A stretch of DNA of 64,000 nucleotides from Eledone cirrhosa (lineage: Eukaryota). The DNA lies in the NCBI GenBank assembly GCA_964016885.1, contig CAXHJY010001696.1:43348-107347 (forward strand). Reading direction: 5' to 3'. Each line of letters begins with the position of its first letter. Positions within the stretch are counted from its first letter, which is position 1. A program made the translations under genes and the position numbers. Under the pieces are notes generated by a model that was not told where the DNA came from, ran no database searches, and saw only the letters and a program-made list of their open reading frames with translations. Shown here one piece after another: positions 1-13,730 of this stretch.

Positions 1-143
1 TTACTCCATAGAGTGTTTAGCTCGGATATCAGAGAGTCACTCCAAGTAGAGCTGCTACTTCTCCAGATTGAGAGATCACAGCCTCGATATTACGGGCATG
101 TCGTATGTGGTTAGAATGTCTCAGGAAAAACCAGCCAGCAGGA
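1..143 (+). pseudogene. RTE-clade (Expander-like) LINE ORF C-terminal fragment
   Basis: Frame 1 reads LLHRVFSSDIRESLQVELLLLQIERSQPRYYGHV, then a frameshift into VRMSQE. This matches the RTE post-RT motif DRVRSSDIR..L.VE.LLL.IERSQLRW.GHV.RM. Truncated by (TA)n. Confidence 0.8.
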
Positions 144-295
144 TATATATATATATATTAGAAAGTGAGGTTTTTTTTACAAAATGAAAAAATACCCGAG
201 ATGTCCTACACGAGTGAAAGTATAAAGAAAAAAAGATGAAATCGAAAATGCAACTGGAGTCTTATTTTTTAAAAATATATATATATTTATTTGGT

Positions 296-335
296 TCCTT
301 TACCGGTTTCGCAGTTCTTCTGCTTTTCAAAAGTA
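296..335 (-). ncRNA. Minimal type-I hammerhead ribozyme, U3-A8 core variant
   Basis: Minus strand: ctt-TTGAAAA-gcag aagaa ctgc-GAAA-ccgg-TA-aag. Helix II is perfect, helix III is the palindrome ACCGGT, triplet GUA. Confidence 0.65.
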
Positions 336-360
336 GAATTGAGATGGAGGGTCTTTGGTT

Positions 361-409
<49 letters not shown>

Positions 410-417
410 TATATATA

Positions 418-585
418 TTAAAATAACAGATTAAAGTTTAAGCAAAGTATCGCTGCTTTCACCCATAACGGGATCTTCTGAAACTAAGAAAGTCAATATT
501 TGCTCTACGGTTCTTATATATCTGATATATATTTATCCTTATCGAGCCCTCTTTGGATTTTAGTCTTCTAATTTATTATTATTAC
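418..585. mobile_element. Family E hammerhead module: inverted 5' part plus + strand 3' end, between (TA)n tracts
   Basis: 3' segment ...tcgagccctctttggattttagtcttctaatttattattattac recurs at 9770-9890, 33281-33330 and 48236-48330 (-). Confidence 0.65.
435..485 (-). ncRNA. Hammerhead motif with CAGAAGA core (family E)
   Basis: Minus strand: agttt-CAGAAGA-t ccc gttat ggg t-GAAA-gca...tgc-TT-aaact. Same family as 48236-48488. Confidence 0.55.
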
Positions 586-779
586 TATATATATATTGAA
601 AAGGGAGTAACGTTCTATACAAAACAGGGGTTATAGAGAAAAAGTGGGATTAGAAATAACACGGAAAATATATTTAAGGATCTGTTTTTCTTTTTTTCTT
701 CTTTGATTCGTCAAAGTGACATAATTGAAAAAATGAGAGGAACAATTCTTTAAAAAAAAGGAGTTTTATAATGAATATA

Positions 780-813
<34 letters not shown>

Positions 814-815
<2 letters not shown>

Positions 816-925
816 CGAAGGAAGTGTGGTAAGGAACCAGATGTACCATAACGCACCAGAGTACTCAATACTTAGGGTAGTAGAGTGGGTAATAGGAAAA
901 TGTATGACCCCGACGGCATATGGTT

Positions 926-928
<3 letters not shown>
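814..928 (-). mobile_element. Family D repeat (3' end of a Penelope-like/retrozyme module)
   Basis: gtggtaaggaaccagatg.accataacgcacca.agtactcaatacttagggtagtagagtggg recurs at 15165-15360, 32752-32891, 38784-38973, 40990-41126, 52479-52644 and 53380-53564, each (TA)n flanked. Confidence 0.7.
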
Positions 929-974
<46 letters not shown>

Positions 975-1166
975 ATATATATATATTTATATATGTATGT
1001 ATGTATATTATTGGCAAGATGACCCTCCCAAAGTATAACTATAACTATATATATATACAACGTTGAATTATATAAAGGAGGTTTCTAACGAGAGTGATCT
1101 TTCCTTGTCCATCTAATATATTTGAGATGTTTTAACTGAACCCGTTTTAGTTTTCTTCACTCATCT

Positions 1167-1182
1167 CCAGCAGAGGGCGGCA
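1167..1182 (+). promoter_or_regulatory. Candidate CTCF-binding site
   Basis: CCAGCAGAGGGCGGCA closely matches the bilaterian CTCF core CCASYAGRKGGCRS and lies in a unique-sequence island. Confidence 0.45.
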
Positions 1183-1344
1183 CCTGTACTGACCACGCGA
1201 TCACTTCTGAACTAACAACGGTACAAGTTGACATCTTGCTTTTCTGATGTCATTCTCAGAGGTGTGTGTGTGTGTGGGGGGGGGGGAGCCTGATAGATGG
1301 ATAGATAGACAGGCATATAGATGTTGTGAGAGCGGGGCTGGGGG

Positions 1345-1842
1345 TTTGTGGTGGTGGCGGTGAATATGTTTATGAAGGTGATGATGGCAATGATGGTGGT
1401 GGGGATGATGATGATGATGATAATGGTGATGATGATAACCACGATGATGACTATGATGATGATGATGGTGGTGGTGGTGGAGGTGGTACTGGTGGTGATG
1501 ATGATGATGGCATGTGAGTGTGTGTGTGTCGGTGTGTGTGTGTATGAATATATGCACAAATCTATGTATGTATGTATGTATGTATATGTGTATATATATA
1601 TATGTATATATGTATTTATGTATATATGTATGTATATATATGTATATATATTTATGTATGTATATGTATATATATATATTTATGTATGTATATATATATG
1701 TATGTATATATATTTATGTATGTATATGTATATATATATATTTATGTATGTATATATATATGTATATATATATATATTTATGTATGTATATGTATATATA
1801 TGTATATATATATATTTATGTATGTATATATATATATATGTA

Positions 1843-1887
<45 letters not shown>

Positions 1888-2084
1888 TTATGTATATATA
1901 TGTATTTATGTATATATATATATATATATGTGTGTTATGTATATATGTATGTATGTATTTATGTATATATATGTATTTATGTATATATATATATATATAT
2001 GTGTGTTATGTATATATGTATGTATGTATTTATGTATATATATATATATATGTGTGTTATGTATATATGTATGTATGTATTTAT

Positions 2085-2118
<34 letters not shown>

Positions 2119-2120
2119 TT
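1345..2120. repeat. (GAT/GGT)n followed by compound (TA)n/(TATG)n microsatellites
   Basis: Directly visible. Confidence 0.9.
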
Positions 2121-2771
2121 ACATAACACATTTAGTCGTCGTTTAGCCACAGGTAATTCCCGAATCCAAAGACTCGTCGTTCCAGCCATGGTCATCTCGG
2201 TCCATTCTCTCAGTCCATGTCTATCTAGGAGTACATTATCTACAGTGTTCTCCTCCCCACCCCCTCAAATGTTATGGTATGGTTGGGGGGGGGGAGGATT
2301 TGGCTACTGTTTTTCTCAGAGTGAATGACCACAAAGAGATTAATTTCTGTAAGATATGATGTAATATGGTACATGATATAGTAGTGGTGGTGGTGGGGTG
2401 TTTGGGTGGTGGTGGTGATGGTTGTGGGGGGTAGGTCTGTGTGTGGAGGGGTGGAGGGTGATGGTGGGTGGGGGTTGTGTAGGTCTGTGTGGGGTGGAGG
2501 GTGATTGTGGCGGGGGGGGGGGGGGGATAGTGTTGGTTGTGTTGGGGGGTGATGGTAGTAGTGGTAATAGGGGTAGTGGGGTTGGTTGTGTTGGGGTGTG
2601 GTGGTGGTGTGGTGGTGGTGGTGTGGTTGTTGTTGTTGGTAGTGATGGTTTGGTGGTGGCGGTGTGGCTGAAGCGCGACTGGAAGTAGTAGTAGTAGTAG
2701 TAGTAGGAATAATAGTAGTAGTAGTAGTAGTAATGGTGGGTGGTTGTTGTAGTAGTAGTGGTAGAACCTTA

Positions 2772-3695
2772 CACATACACGTACCTACACACACACACGT
2801 ACCTAGACACACACACACGTACCTACACACACACACGTACCTACACACACACACACGTACCTACACACACACACGTACCTACACACACACACACGTACCT
2901 ACACACACACGTACCTACACACACACGTACCTACACACACACGTACCTACACACGCACACGTACCTACACACACACACGTACCTACACACACACACGTAC
3001 CTACACACACACGTACCTAGACATAAACACACGTACCTACACACACACACGTACCTACACACACACGTACCTACAAACACACGTACCTACACACACACAC
3101 GTACCTACACACACACACACGTACCTAGACACACACACACGTACCTACACACACACGTACCTACACACACACACGTACCTACACACACACACGTACCTAC
3201 ACACACACACACGTACCTACACACACACACACGTACCTACACACACACGTACCTACACACACACGTACCTACACACACACACGTACCTACACACACACGT
3301 ACCTACACACACACACGTACCTACACACACACACGTACCTACACACACACACGTACCTACACACACACACGTACCTACACACACACGTACCTACAAACAC
3401 ACGTACCTACACACACACACGTACCTACACACACACACACGTACCTACACACACACGTACCTACACACACACGTACCTAGACACACACACACGTATAAAC
3501 ACACACGTATCTACACACACGTACCTGCACACACACACGTACCTACACACACACACGTACCTACACACACACGTACCTGCACACACACACACGTACCTAC
3601 ACGCTCACGTACCTACACACACATGTACCTACACACACACACACACATACCTCCACACACACGTACCTACACACACACACACATACCTACACACA
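2772..3695. repeat. Minisatellite ACGTACCT(AC)n, unit about 16-22 nt
   Basis: About 50 tandem units of gtacctac separated by variable (AC)n. Confidence 0.95.
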
Positions 3696-3788
3696 CACAT
3701 ACACGTATTGATTCATAAATGTGGGAAACTGGGTGTGAGACAATCACACAAGGACACTCGGTGTGTGGGAACTGTGTGTATATATGTA

Positions 3789-3908
<120 letters not shown>

Positions 3909-4055
3909 TACATACATAGATAGATACACACATAGATACATACATACATATATTCATGTGTGCTGTGTGTATGTATGTGCGTATATACAAGATATAAAGT
4001 GTGTGTACACACGCACAGACAGACACACTCACACACACAAGCATATATATACATG

Positions 4056-4116
<61 letters not shown>

Positions 4117-4179
4117 TATACTATCTCTCTCTCTATATATATATATAATTATAAATATATATATATATATAACAGTATA

Positions 4180-4277
<98 letters not shown>

Positions 4278-4391
4278 TATATATATGAGACAACGGGGAC
4301 ATGGCTATGTTGCTAGGGTCAGATACAAAAAAGGGATGACAATACATCTATGGATGGCTGAAAAATTAAATCGTGTGTATATAGAAATATC

Positions 4392-4427
<36 letters not shown>

Positions 4428-4432
4428 TATAC

Positions 4433-4466
<34 letters not shown>

Positions 4467-4731
4467 CTGTTGACATTTCTTGAGTGAGTCCGTGTGTACC
4501 GTCTGTATATATGTATGGGTGTATATCTTATATACACATATACACACGAGTACGCAGACTTTACCTGAAGTACTAGACACAATTATATATATACGGACAC
4601 ACACACAAACATATATATATATATGTATATATATATATATGTCCGTATATATATATATATGTGTGTATATATGTGTGTCTGTGTACACATATATATATAT
4701 ATATACATATATATCTATATATGTATGTATG

Positions 4732-4778
<47 letters not shown>

Positions 4779-4823
4779 CTGTGTGTCTATATTATATATA
4801 TTTATATATATATATATAATATA

Positions 4824-4875
<52 letters not shown>

Positions 4876-4905
4876 AATACATACATAAATATATAGATAT
4901 ATATG

Positions 4906-4949
<44 letters not shown>

Positions 4950-5034
4950 TATATATAAATAAATACATACATACATATATAGATATATATGTATATATAT
5001 ATATATGTATACCCACACACACACACAAACACAT

Positions 5035-5087
<53 letters not shown>

Positions 5088-5282
5088 CACATACGTATAT
5101 GACGCGCACATGCTTCTAAATAAATAGATTATGCAACCTACCTGTGACAGAGACAGTCAGGCACAAACGGTCATGTTTAGCGAAGAGTGAACCTTATGCT
5201 GGTGTTGGTGGAGATGGTCGTGGTTGGGTAGGCACTACCTCACAGCGTTATCCATAAATGTATATTTATAAATACACATACA

Positions 5283-5590
5283 CACGCTATTGTGTGTATA
5301 TATATGTATATATATTTGTGTGAGTGTATGTGTTTGTGTGTATGTACAGATACACACGCTATTGTGTGTGTATATATATATATATTTGTGTGAGTGTATG
5401 GCTGTATGTACACATACACACGCTATGGTGTGTATATATATATATATATTTGTGTGAGTGTATGGCTGTATGTACACATACACACGCTATGGTGTGTATA
5501 TATATATATATATTTGTGTGAGTGTATGGGTGTATGTACACATACACACGCTATTGTGTGTATATATATATTTGTGTGAGTGTATGTGTG
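5283..5590. repeat. About 64-nt tandem repeat (cacgctatggtgtg(ta)n ttgtgtgagtgtatggctgtatgtacacata)
   Basis: About 5 units visible. Confidence 0.85.
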
Positions 5591-5618
5591 TTTTTGTGTC
5601 TATGTAGGTGTGTGTAGG

Positions 5619-5668
<50 letters not shown>

Positions 5669-5710
5669 GAGAGAGAGAGTGTGTGTGTTGTATGTGTGTG
5701 TGTGTTTGTT

Positions 5711-5749
<39 letters not shown>

Positions 5750-5835
5750 GTGTTTTTATGTGTGTGTGTGTGTGTATATATAGAGAGAGAGCGTGAGAGT
5801 GTTGTATTGTATGTATGTATGTATGTGATTATGTT

Positions 5836-5878
<43 letters not shown>

Positions 5879-6140
5879 ATTTATGTGTGTGTGTGTATGT
5901 GAATGTGTCTGCGGGTGCGTATATATATATATATATAAAGAGAGAGAGAGAGAGTATGCGTTGTAAGTATATATGTGTGTTTATCTTTACATGTATATAG
6001 ATATATGGATATATATATATACTATATGTATGTGTATATTTATGTATATGTATGTATATACGTGAATGGGTCGTGTATTTATGTCAGCATGTACGACTGT
6101 ATATACGTAGTATATATATAAACATATACATATACACACG

Positions 6141-6175
<35 letters not shown>

Positions 6176-6379
6176 ATATATATGTATGTGTGTATTTGTG
6201 TTTGTATTTATGTGTGTATGTATGAATGAATGTAATGCTGTATTGGAACTCCGATCTCTCCACCAGACGGCGGTAGTGGTGTGGTGACAGATGAAAGAGT
6301 GGTGATAGTGGCAGGAGCTAGAGTAGTAGTAAGAGTGGGTACTGGATGCTGCAACATGCCGTAACACACCATTCAACAC

Positions 6380-6660
6380 TTCTCTATCTCTCTCTATCTC
6401 TCTCTCTCTATATATATATATCTATCTCTCTCTATCTCTCAATATATATATATCTATCTCTCTCTCTATATATATCTCTCTCTATCTCTCTCTATCTCTC
6501 TATATATATCTATCTATCTATCTCTCTCTATCTATCTATATATCTATCTATCTATCTATCTAATCTCTCTCTCTATCTCTCTATCTCTCTTCCTCTCTCT
6601 TTCTTTCTCACTCTCTCCCTTTCTAACTATCTCCCTGTCTCTCTATCTCCCTGTCTCTCA

Positions 6661-6692
<32 letters not shown>

Positions 6693-7023
6693 CTCTCACT
6701 CTCTCTCTCACTCTCACTCACTCTCTCTCACTCTCTCTCACTCTCACTCACTCTCACTCTCTCTCACTCTCACTCCCTCACTCTCACTCACCCTCTCTCT
6801 CACTCTCACTCACTCTCTCCCTCACTCTCACTCTCACTCACTCTCTCTCTCACTCTCTCTCTCACTCACTCTCTCTCACTCACTCTCACTCTCACTCACT
6901 CTCACTCACTCTCTCTCCCTCTCTCTCACTCTCTCTCTCTCTAAACCCCATGTCCCTCTCTGTCTCTCTATATCTCTCCCTCTTTTTATCCTTTATTTCC
7001 TCTTTCTCCTTTTCTATCCCTCA

Positions 7024-7055
<32 letters not shown>

Positions 7056-7653
7056 TTTCTCTCTCTCTTTCTCTCTCTCTTTCTATTGCTCTTCTTCCTT
7101 CCTTTTTGTTCTTTTTCTCACTTTCTATTCATTCTGTTTCCTGTATTTTCTTCTCCCACTCTCTCTCTCTCTCTCTTTCACTCTCTCTTTCTCTCTCTCT
7201 TTCTCTCTCTCACTCTCTCTCTCCCCCACATCTCTATAGTCCCACTCCCCCCTCCTACCACACCCTTTCATCCGTTCATTCTTACACGTGTGTGATGTCA
7301 GACAAACTGGATAGCTTTGGATAATTACTTTGTTAGAGAGGAGCACCTACCTACCTACCTACCTACCTACCTACCTACCTACCTACCTACCTACCTACCT
7401 ACCTACCTACCTACCTACCTATCTACCTGTCTATCTAGCTATCTACCTTTCTATCTGTCTATCTAGCTATCTACCTGTCTATCTACCTTTCTATCTGTCT
7501 ATCTACCTTTATATCTACCTGTCTATCTATCTACCTGTCTTTTTTCACGTTTTTATTGTATGTAAATTGTCCCCTTCTTTTATGCCCCTGTGGCTAATAA
7601 AGAAACATATCTATATATCTCTCTATCTCTCTACCTATCTATCTACCTATCTC

Positions 7654-7690
<37 letters not shown>

Positions 7691-7810
7691 TTCTCTCTAT
7701 ATATCTACCTATCTATCTCTCTATCTATCTATCTATTTATCTCTATCTCTCTCTATCTATCTATCTATCTCTCTCTCTCTATTTCTCTCTATCTATCTAT
7801 CTATCTATCT
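6380..7810. repeat. (CT)n/(CTCA)n/(CTAC)n/(CTAT)n microsatellite field
   Basis: Directly visible. Confidence 0.9.
7540..7606 (+). mobile_element. Very short 3' end of the same LINE as 7810-8117, in (CTAT)n
   Basis: tgtccccttctttatgcccctgtggctaataaagaaa resembles tgtccccttttcttgtgcgcccttgtggcaaataaagaaa at 8077-8116. Confidence 0.55.
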
Positions 7811-8117
7811 TCAAAGGTGGGTGAATGTGGCGAGAATGACCCGAGTGATTGGGGCCTTCTCTGTATATAAACCTGTAGGTTGAGGAAGAGAGCAAAAGGA
7901 AGAAAGGGGCACTTGCACAACACGCTCCTGAAGTTGAGGGTTGTTCTATCGACGGGGTATTAAACAACCCATTTGTGGCCCCTCTCCCCTATTGGGGATT
8001 TCGATTGTTATATTTTCATGTAAAAACTTTTTTTTTACACGACTGTATGTAAAATACCCGTCATATGTCCTTGTGTTGTCCCCTTTTCTTGTGCGCCCTT
8101 GTGGCAAATAAAGAAAT
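7810..8117 (+). mobile_element. 5'-truncated L1/Tx1-like LINE 3' end in (CTAT)n
   Basis: ORF tail [12 protein letters not shown] resembles the F..RW end of Tx1-type ORF2. The 3' UTR ends aataaagaaa directly into (TCTA)n, and both flanks are (CTAT)n. Confidence 0.5.
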
Positions 8118-8252
8118 CTATCTATCTACCTACTTGTCTACCCATCTACCTGGCTAATTACCTTTCCACGTTTCATCTACACACCCATCTATTCATTCAT
8201 CTATCCCCCCCCCTCTCTCTCTCTCTCTGTATATATATATATATATATATGC

Positions 8253-8300
<48 letters not shown>

Positions 8301-8376
8301 CAAAAATGTATACACCATTCTAATAAATAATGCGTGTACAGATAATCAAAGTGTGTATATATTTTGGGAGCACACC

Positions 8377-8446
<70 letters not shown>

Positions 8447-8511
8447 CACATAAACAGCTCCCACCGGGAATGATATATATATATATATATATATTAGAGA
8501 GAGAGAGAGAA

Positions 8512-8545
<34 letters not shown>

Positions 8546-8753
8546 GAAGAGAATGTGTGTGTGTAAGAGAGAGGGGGGAGACCAGATGTTAGTAGTAAAG
8601 TAAGACCATTAGTAAACTTAGTACCCTAAACTTACAAAAAGTAAAAAAGCGTGCATACTATAAATACTATAAGGGCTTTCTGAGTTACTGTAAAGATTTA
8701 ACCGCATTTACTATAGAAGGGGTGAAAGCTTGACAGGAGGTTTGGAAATCCTT

Positions 8754-8811
<58 letters not shown>

Positions 8812-8840
8812 AATTTATTTATAAAACTGTTTATATATTG

Positions 8841-8906
8841 TATTTTGTCTGAAGAGGGCATACCATATTTTTAATATGATATCCCTGAAATATATATAAT
8901 GAAATA
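8841..8906 (+). ncRNA. Type-I hammerhead ribozyme (family A)
   Basis: tattttgt-CTGAAGA-ggg...ccct-GAAA-tatata-TA-atgaaata. Followed by the 3' hairpin at 8954-8972 and (TA)n at about 9039. Confidence 0.75.
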
Positions 8907-9034
8907 AATATGGTTTTATAAATGTAGTTTCCATTTGTTTAATATCGTAAAATACTCCAAAATCTGTTGAGTGCTTTTATATCAGTTATAAAAATATTTA
9001 CTCGTTGTAACCCAACAATTTTAAATAAAACTTT

Positions 9035-9084
<50 letters not shown>

Positions 9085-9120
9085 TATAAGTATTAATAAA
9101 ATAGATGTTCTTTTGATCAA

Positions 9121-9181
9121 TTACATTTTATTATAAATATTTCGGATGTACAACAGTACGTCCTCATCAGACAAAATATAA
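9121..9181 (-). ncRNA. Type-I hammerhead ribozyme
   Basis: Minus strand: ttatattttgt-CTGATGA-ggacgtac tgtt gtacatcc-GAAA-tattta-TA-ataaaatgtaa. Confidence 0.8.
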
Positions 9182-9270
9182 TGATACATGACATACCCTG
9201 AGATGTTAAATGGTTAAGATTTCTTGATTAAATCTTAACCATTTAACATGTCAGGGTATGTCATGTATCA

Positions 9271-9331
9271 TTATATTTTGTCTGATGAGAACGTACTGTT
9301 GTACATCCGAAATATGTATAATAAAATGTAA
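9271..9331 (+). ncRNA. Type-I hammerhead ribozyme
   Basis: ttatattttgt-CTGATGA-gaacgtac tgtt gtacatcc-GAAA-tatgta-TA-ataaaatgtaa. Helix I is 11 bp. Confidence 0.8.
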
Positions 9332-9464
9332 TTGATCAAAAGAACATCTATTTTATTAATACTTATATTTTAATATTAATAACTCCAGAAAATTATTTGC
9401 CGTTGAGTGCTTCCAATCTACTGTAAAACTAATTCTTTGACATAATCATTGAATATTGTTTAAC

Positions 9465-9521
<57 letters not shown>

Positions 9522-9890
9522 TATAAATGCGAGGAAAGAATAGACAAAGTCCCCTACTGCAGTTTCATCGACCGTTTTGCAACATGGGTGCACTTTACAC
9601 ACACACATATATCCGTATGTGGTTGATGGATAAGAGTAGAGAGTACTCAATACCGAAGTAGAGTTTTAACATTCATTTTATTAAGGCTAAATAGTGAGTC
9701 TTCTTACTCTGGGATTTCATCTGTCTATCACAGGGTCACTAGATGAACATATATATATATATATATATATTTATTAAAATAACAGATTAAAGTTTAATAA
9801 ATATTTGCTCTACGGTTCTTATATATTTGATATATATTTATCCTTATCGAGCCCTCTTTGGATTTTAGTCTTCAAATTTATTATTATTAC

Positions 9891-9957
<67 letters not shown>

Positions 9958-10038
9958 CCCAACACGTCGATCTTTCTTTCCTGTTTCCAGTATAAAGTGT
10001 GAAACTAATAAGACATTTTTTTACCCCTGTTTGTTGTA

Positions 10039-10115
<77 letters not shown>

Positions 10116-10118
<3 letters not shown>

Positions 10119-10647
10119 GGGTCACTCTTGAGTGCTACTGGTAACATGTAACCCAGTACAACCTGTCGCATGGTCGGGTCGTCGGCGACCAAACCGGCAG
10201 CCCCACCAAGTTTACTTGGTGAGGAGGGGGATTTTGGACACCCTGCAGGTCGAAAAAAAAAACCTGACAAAGGGCGGAAGAACTCATAAGAATCAACGGC
10301 CATCCGAAATTGTATAAATATGTATATACACATGTACCGCCCGGTTAAACCACTGGGAGTGAAGGACCCCTAGCCTTTCTCAGGGCATTCTTCTAGAAGG
10401 CAACTCAGGAAACTGGGATAACTCCGATATAAAACCTGCGGCTCAGTAGTTACCGATGATGTTGATCTTTTCTTCTTTTCAGGTTATAGCTACTGTCGCT
10501 CAGAGAGTGGGATTGGCTCAGTGCACAGTCTTTCCTCACTTAAAAAAATATCTTCACGCACAGGCATTGCACGATAGAATTAATTAATAATTATTAATAA
10601 TGGTATAACGTGCAATGGCCATACTCGATAACGAAGGGGCAGCCATC
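10116..10647 (+). mobile_element. Non-autonomous RTE-derived element (RTE-like 5' UTR joined to RTE 3' end)
   Basis: 3' end tggccatactcgataacgaaggggcagccatc resembles the RTE 3' end at 21098-21129. Near-identical inverted copy at 31484-31790 and a fragment at 53087-53125. Confidence 0.65.
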
Positions 10648-10728
10648 ATATATATATATATATATGCGCGCGCATGTGTGTGCGTGTGTATTTGTATACG
10701 CGTCTGTGTGTATACATATATGTATGTG

Positions 10729-10760
<32 letters not shown>

Positions 10761-11131
10761 ATATATATACACCCACTACGGCCTCTATCAACCCACTGCC
10801 TACCCATGCTGCCTCTACAACAGAACAGCTACAACCGATGTATGCAACCATATACCAGTAATTACCGAAGGACTACTTAGTCACTATATCAGCCAATACA
10901 TGTGACATTATCCCAGCAATAGAACCACCAAATTATCTTATTATAAACGATGTTAATTATTGGTGAGGTTTAATTAACAGAAATAATTATCGCTTATTCC
11001 ATTCCATTGTGTAAGGAATGGGAACAAAACGTCCATAGAAGAAATTACACAAAACTGTTCTAAATATTTATTCCATCAATTAAGGTTGTTGACATTTCAT
11101 TGCATATATGTATGGGAGTCTCCCTCACCCC

Positions 11132-11224
<93 letters not shown>

Positions 11225-11432
11225 AACACACACATACACACACATATATATATGGTAGGAAATCAGCATACAGGAATTTTAACGAAAATGCAATTTGACC
11301 TAATAACAATTGTTTTGAAGATCCAAAACGGAGAAAGCAGGCTTTGCTGCCATCAATTTTCTATAAATGTTATAAAGTCTTTTTATATACATACCAGGTG
11401 CGTGTTTCGAACCTGTTTTTTATTATCATTTT

Positions 11433-11489
<57 letters not shown>

Positions 11490-11524
11490 GCCCGTCCCCT
11501 CAATCTAACTTATTTCTCATTCTT

Positions 11525-11560
11525 TCTTCTGATGAAGGGCTAGCGTCCGAAACTTTAAGA
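11525..11560 (+). ncRNA. Minimal type-I hammerhead ribozyme
   Basis: tctt-CTGATGA-a-gggc tagc gtcc-GAAA-ct-TT-aaga. The sister copy at 55333-55358 (-) keeps ggac/gtcc and GAAAcgTT. About 85 nt of downstream sequence is shared with 55252-55332. Confidence 0.75.
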
Positions 11561-11644
11561 CCCTCTTACTGCTATTTCAAGCGTTAACCTAATATATTCC
11601 TTCCATATACTGTACTGATTGTGTTGTTATTTCTGTTTACCTTT

Positions 11645-11761
<117 letters not shown>

Positions 11762-12288
11762 GTGTGTGTGTATGTGTATGTGTGTGTGTATAATTATTAA
11801 CATTGTAATTCCCTATGAACATCTTGTGAAAATGTAAATGTGTGTAAGGGGCCGCTAAAATTAAAGAAGTACTTTGTGTAACAGTGAATATTGCATGTCT
11901 GTGTGTATATGTGGGTATGTGTGTCTGTGTGTGTGTCTCTGTGGATATATGTCTATGTTTGCGTGTGTTTGTGGGTGTGTATATGTGAGTATATGTGTCG
12001 GTGTCTGTACGTTTGTGTATTTGTATGAGTCTTGCTGTGTGTCTGTGTGTATGTGGGTATATCTGTGTGTGTTTGTACGTTTGTGTGTGTTTGTATGGGT
12101 CTTACTGTGTCTGTGTGTGTGTGTGTGTGTGTGTGTATGTGGGTATATCTGTGTGTGTTTGTACGTTTGTGTGTATTTGTATGGGTCTTACTGTGTCTGT
12201 GTGTGTGTGTGTGTGTGTGTATGTGGGTATATGAGTCTGTACGTTTGTGTGTGTTTGTATAGGTTTTGCTGAGCCTGTGTGTATGTGG

Positions 12289-12320
<32 letters not shown>

Positions 12321-12564
12321 ATCTATGTAGGTCTGTGTGTGTGTTCCTACATGAAACACTAGATTTGTGGGCAACGGGAACCATTGACGTCACACACCAG
12401 TCACTGATAGATAGCTGTAGAATGGTGGTGGGGTGGAGGGCGGGCGGGTGGGAGGGAGTGGGGATGGGGGTATACCTACCCCCCAAAAAGATGAAACGCA
12501 CCTTTTGCCCTCATACACCTCTCGCTCTTATCAGCAGCAGTGCCGCCCTCATCCCTAACAGTGC

Positions 12565-13730
12565 CACCGACACTACCAACACCACCACCACTATCTACAC
12601 CACCACCATCACCACCACCACTATCTACACCACCACCATCACCACCAACACTACCAACACCACCACCACTATCTACACCACCACCATCACCACCACCACT
12701 ATCTACACCACCACCATCACCACCAACACTACCAACACCACCACCACTATCTACACCACCACCATCACCACCACCACTATCTACACCACCACCATCACCA
12801 CCAACACTACCAACACCACCACCACTATCTACACCACCACCATCACCACCGACACTACCAACACCACCGCCACTATCTACACCACCACCATCACCACCAA
12901 CACTACCAACACCACCGCCACTATCTACACCACCACCATCACCACCACCACTATCTACACCACCACCATCACCACCAACACTACCAACACCACCACCACT
13001 ATCTACACCACCACCATCACCACCACCACTATCTACACCACCACCATCACCACCAACACTACCAACACCACCACCACTATCTACACCACCACCATCACCA
13101 CCGACACTACCAACACCACCACCACTATCTACACCACCACCATCACCACCACCACTATCTACACCACCACCATCACCACCGACACTACCAACACCACCAC
13201 CACTATCTACACCACCACCATCACCACCACCACTATCTACACCACCACCATCACCACCAACACTACCAACACCACCACCACTATCTACACCACCACCATC
13301 ACCACCACCACTATCTACACCACCACCATCACCACCGACACTACCAACACCACCACCACTATCTACACCACCACCATCACCACCACCACTATCTACACCA
13401 CCACCATCACCACCAACACTACCAACACCACCACCACTATCTACACCACCACCATCACCACCACCACTATCTACACCACCACCATCACCACCAACACTAC
13501 CAACACCACCGCCACTATCTACACCACCACCATCACCACCAACACTACCAACACCACCGCCACTATCTACACCACCACCATCACCACCAACACTACCAAC
13601 ACCATCACCACTATCTACCCCACCGCCACCACCACCACTATCTACCCCACCGCCACCAGCACCACCACTATCTACCCCACCTCCACCACCACCACTATCT
13701 ACCCCACCGCCACCACTACCACTATCCACC
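12565..13730. repeat. (ACC)-derived minisatellite with 24-nt and 39-nt units
   Basis: accaccaccactatctacaccaccaccatc, with or without accaacactaccaac. Unit lengths are multiples of 3, which gives long Thr-, Pro- or Gly-rich ORFs. Confidence 0.9.

Larger units (their letters stand above)
9076..9470. mobile_element. Fold-back hammerhead module (147-bp arms, 7-nt loop 9223-9229)
   Basis: 9076-9222 is the reverse complement of 9230-9376. The + arm continues to the 3' end at 9470. (TA)n on both sides. Confidence 0.85.

Noticed and set aside
2125-2250. Possible LINE 3' end on -
   Set aside because: Too short and diverged to classify.
2772-3695. Regularly spaced repeats resembling a CRISPR array (also 34155-35320)
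   Set aside because: The spacers are just (AC)n, there are no cas genes and the context is eukaryotic.
5130-5260. Unique island with splice-like signals on -
   Set aside because: There are stops in all three frames and no consistent exon.
6230-6380. Thr/Pro-rich open stretch on -
   Set aside because: No convincing donor site and low complexity.
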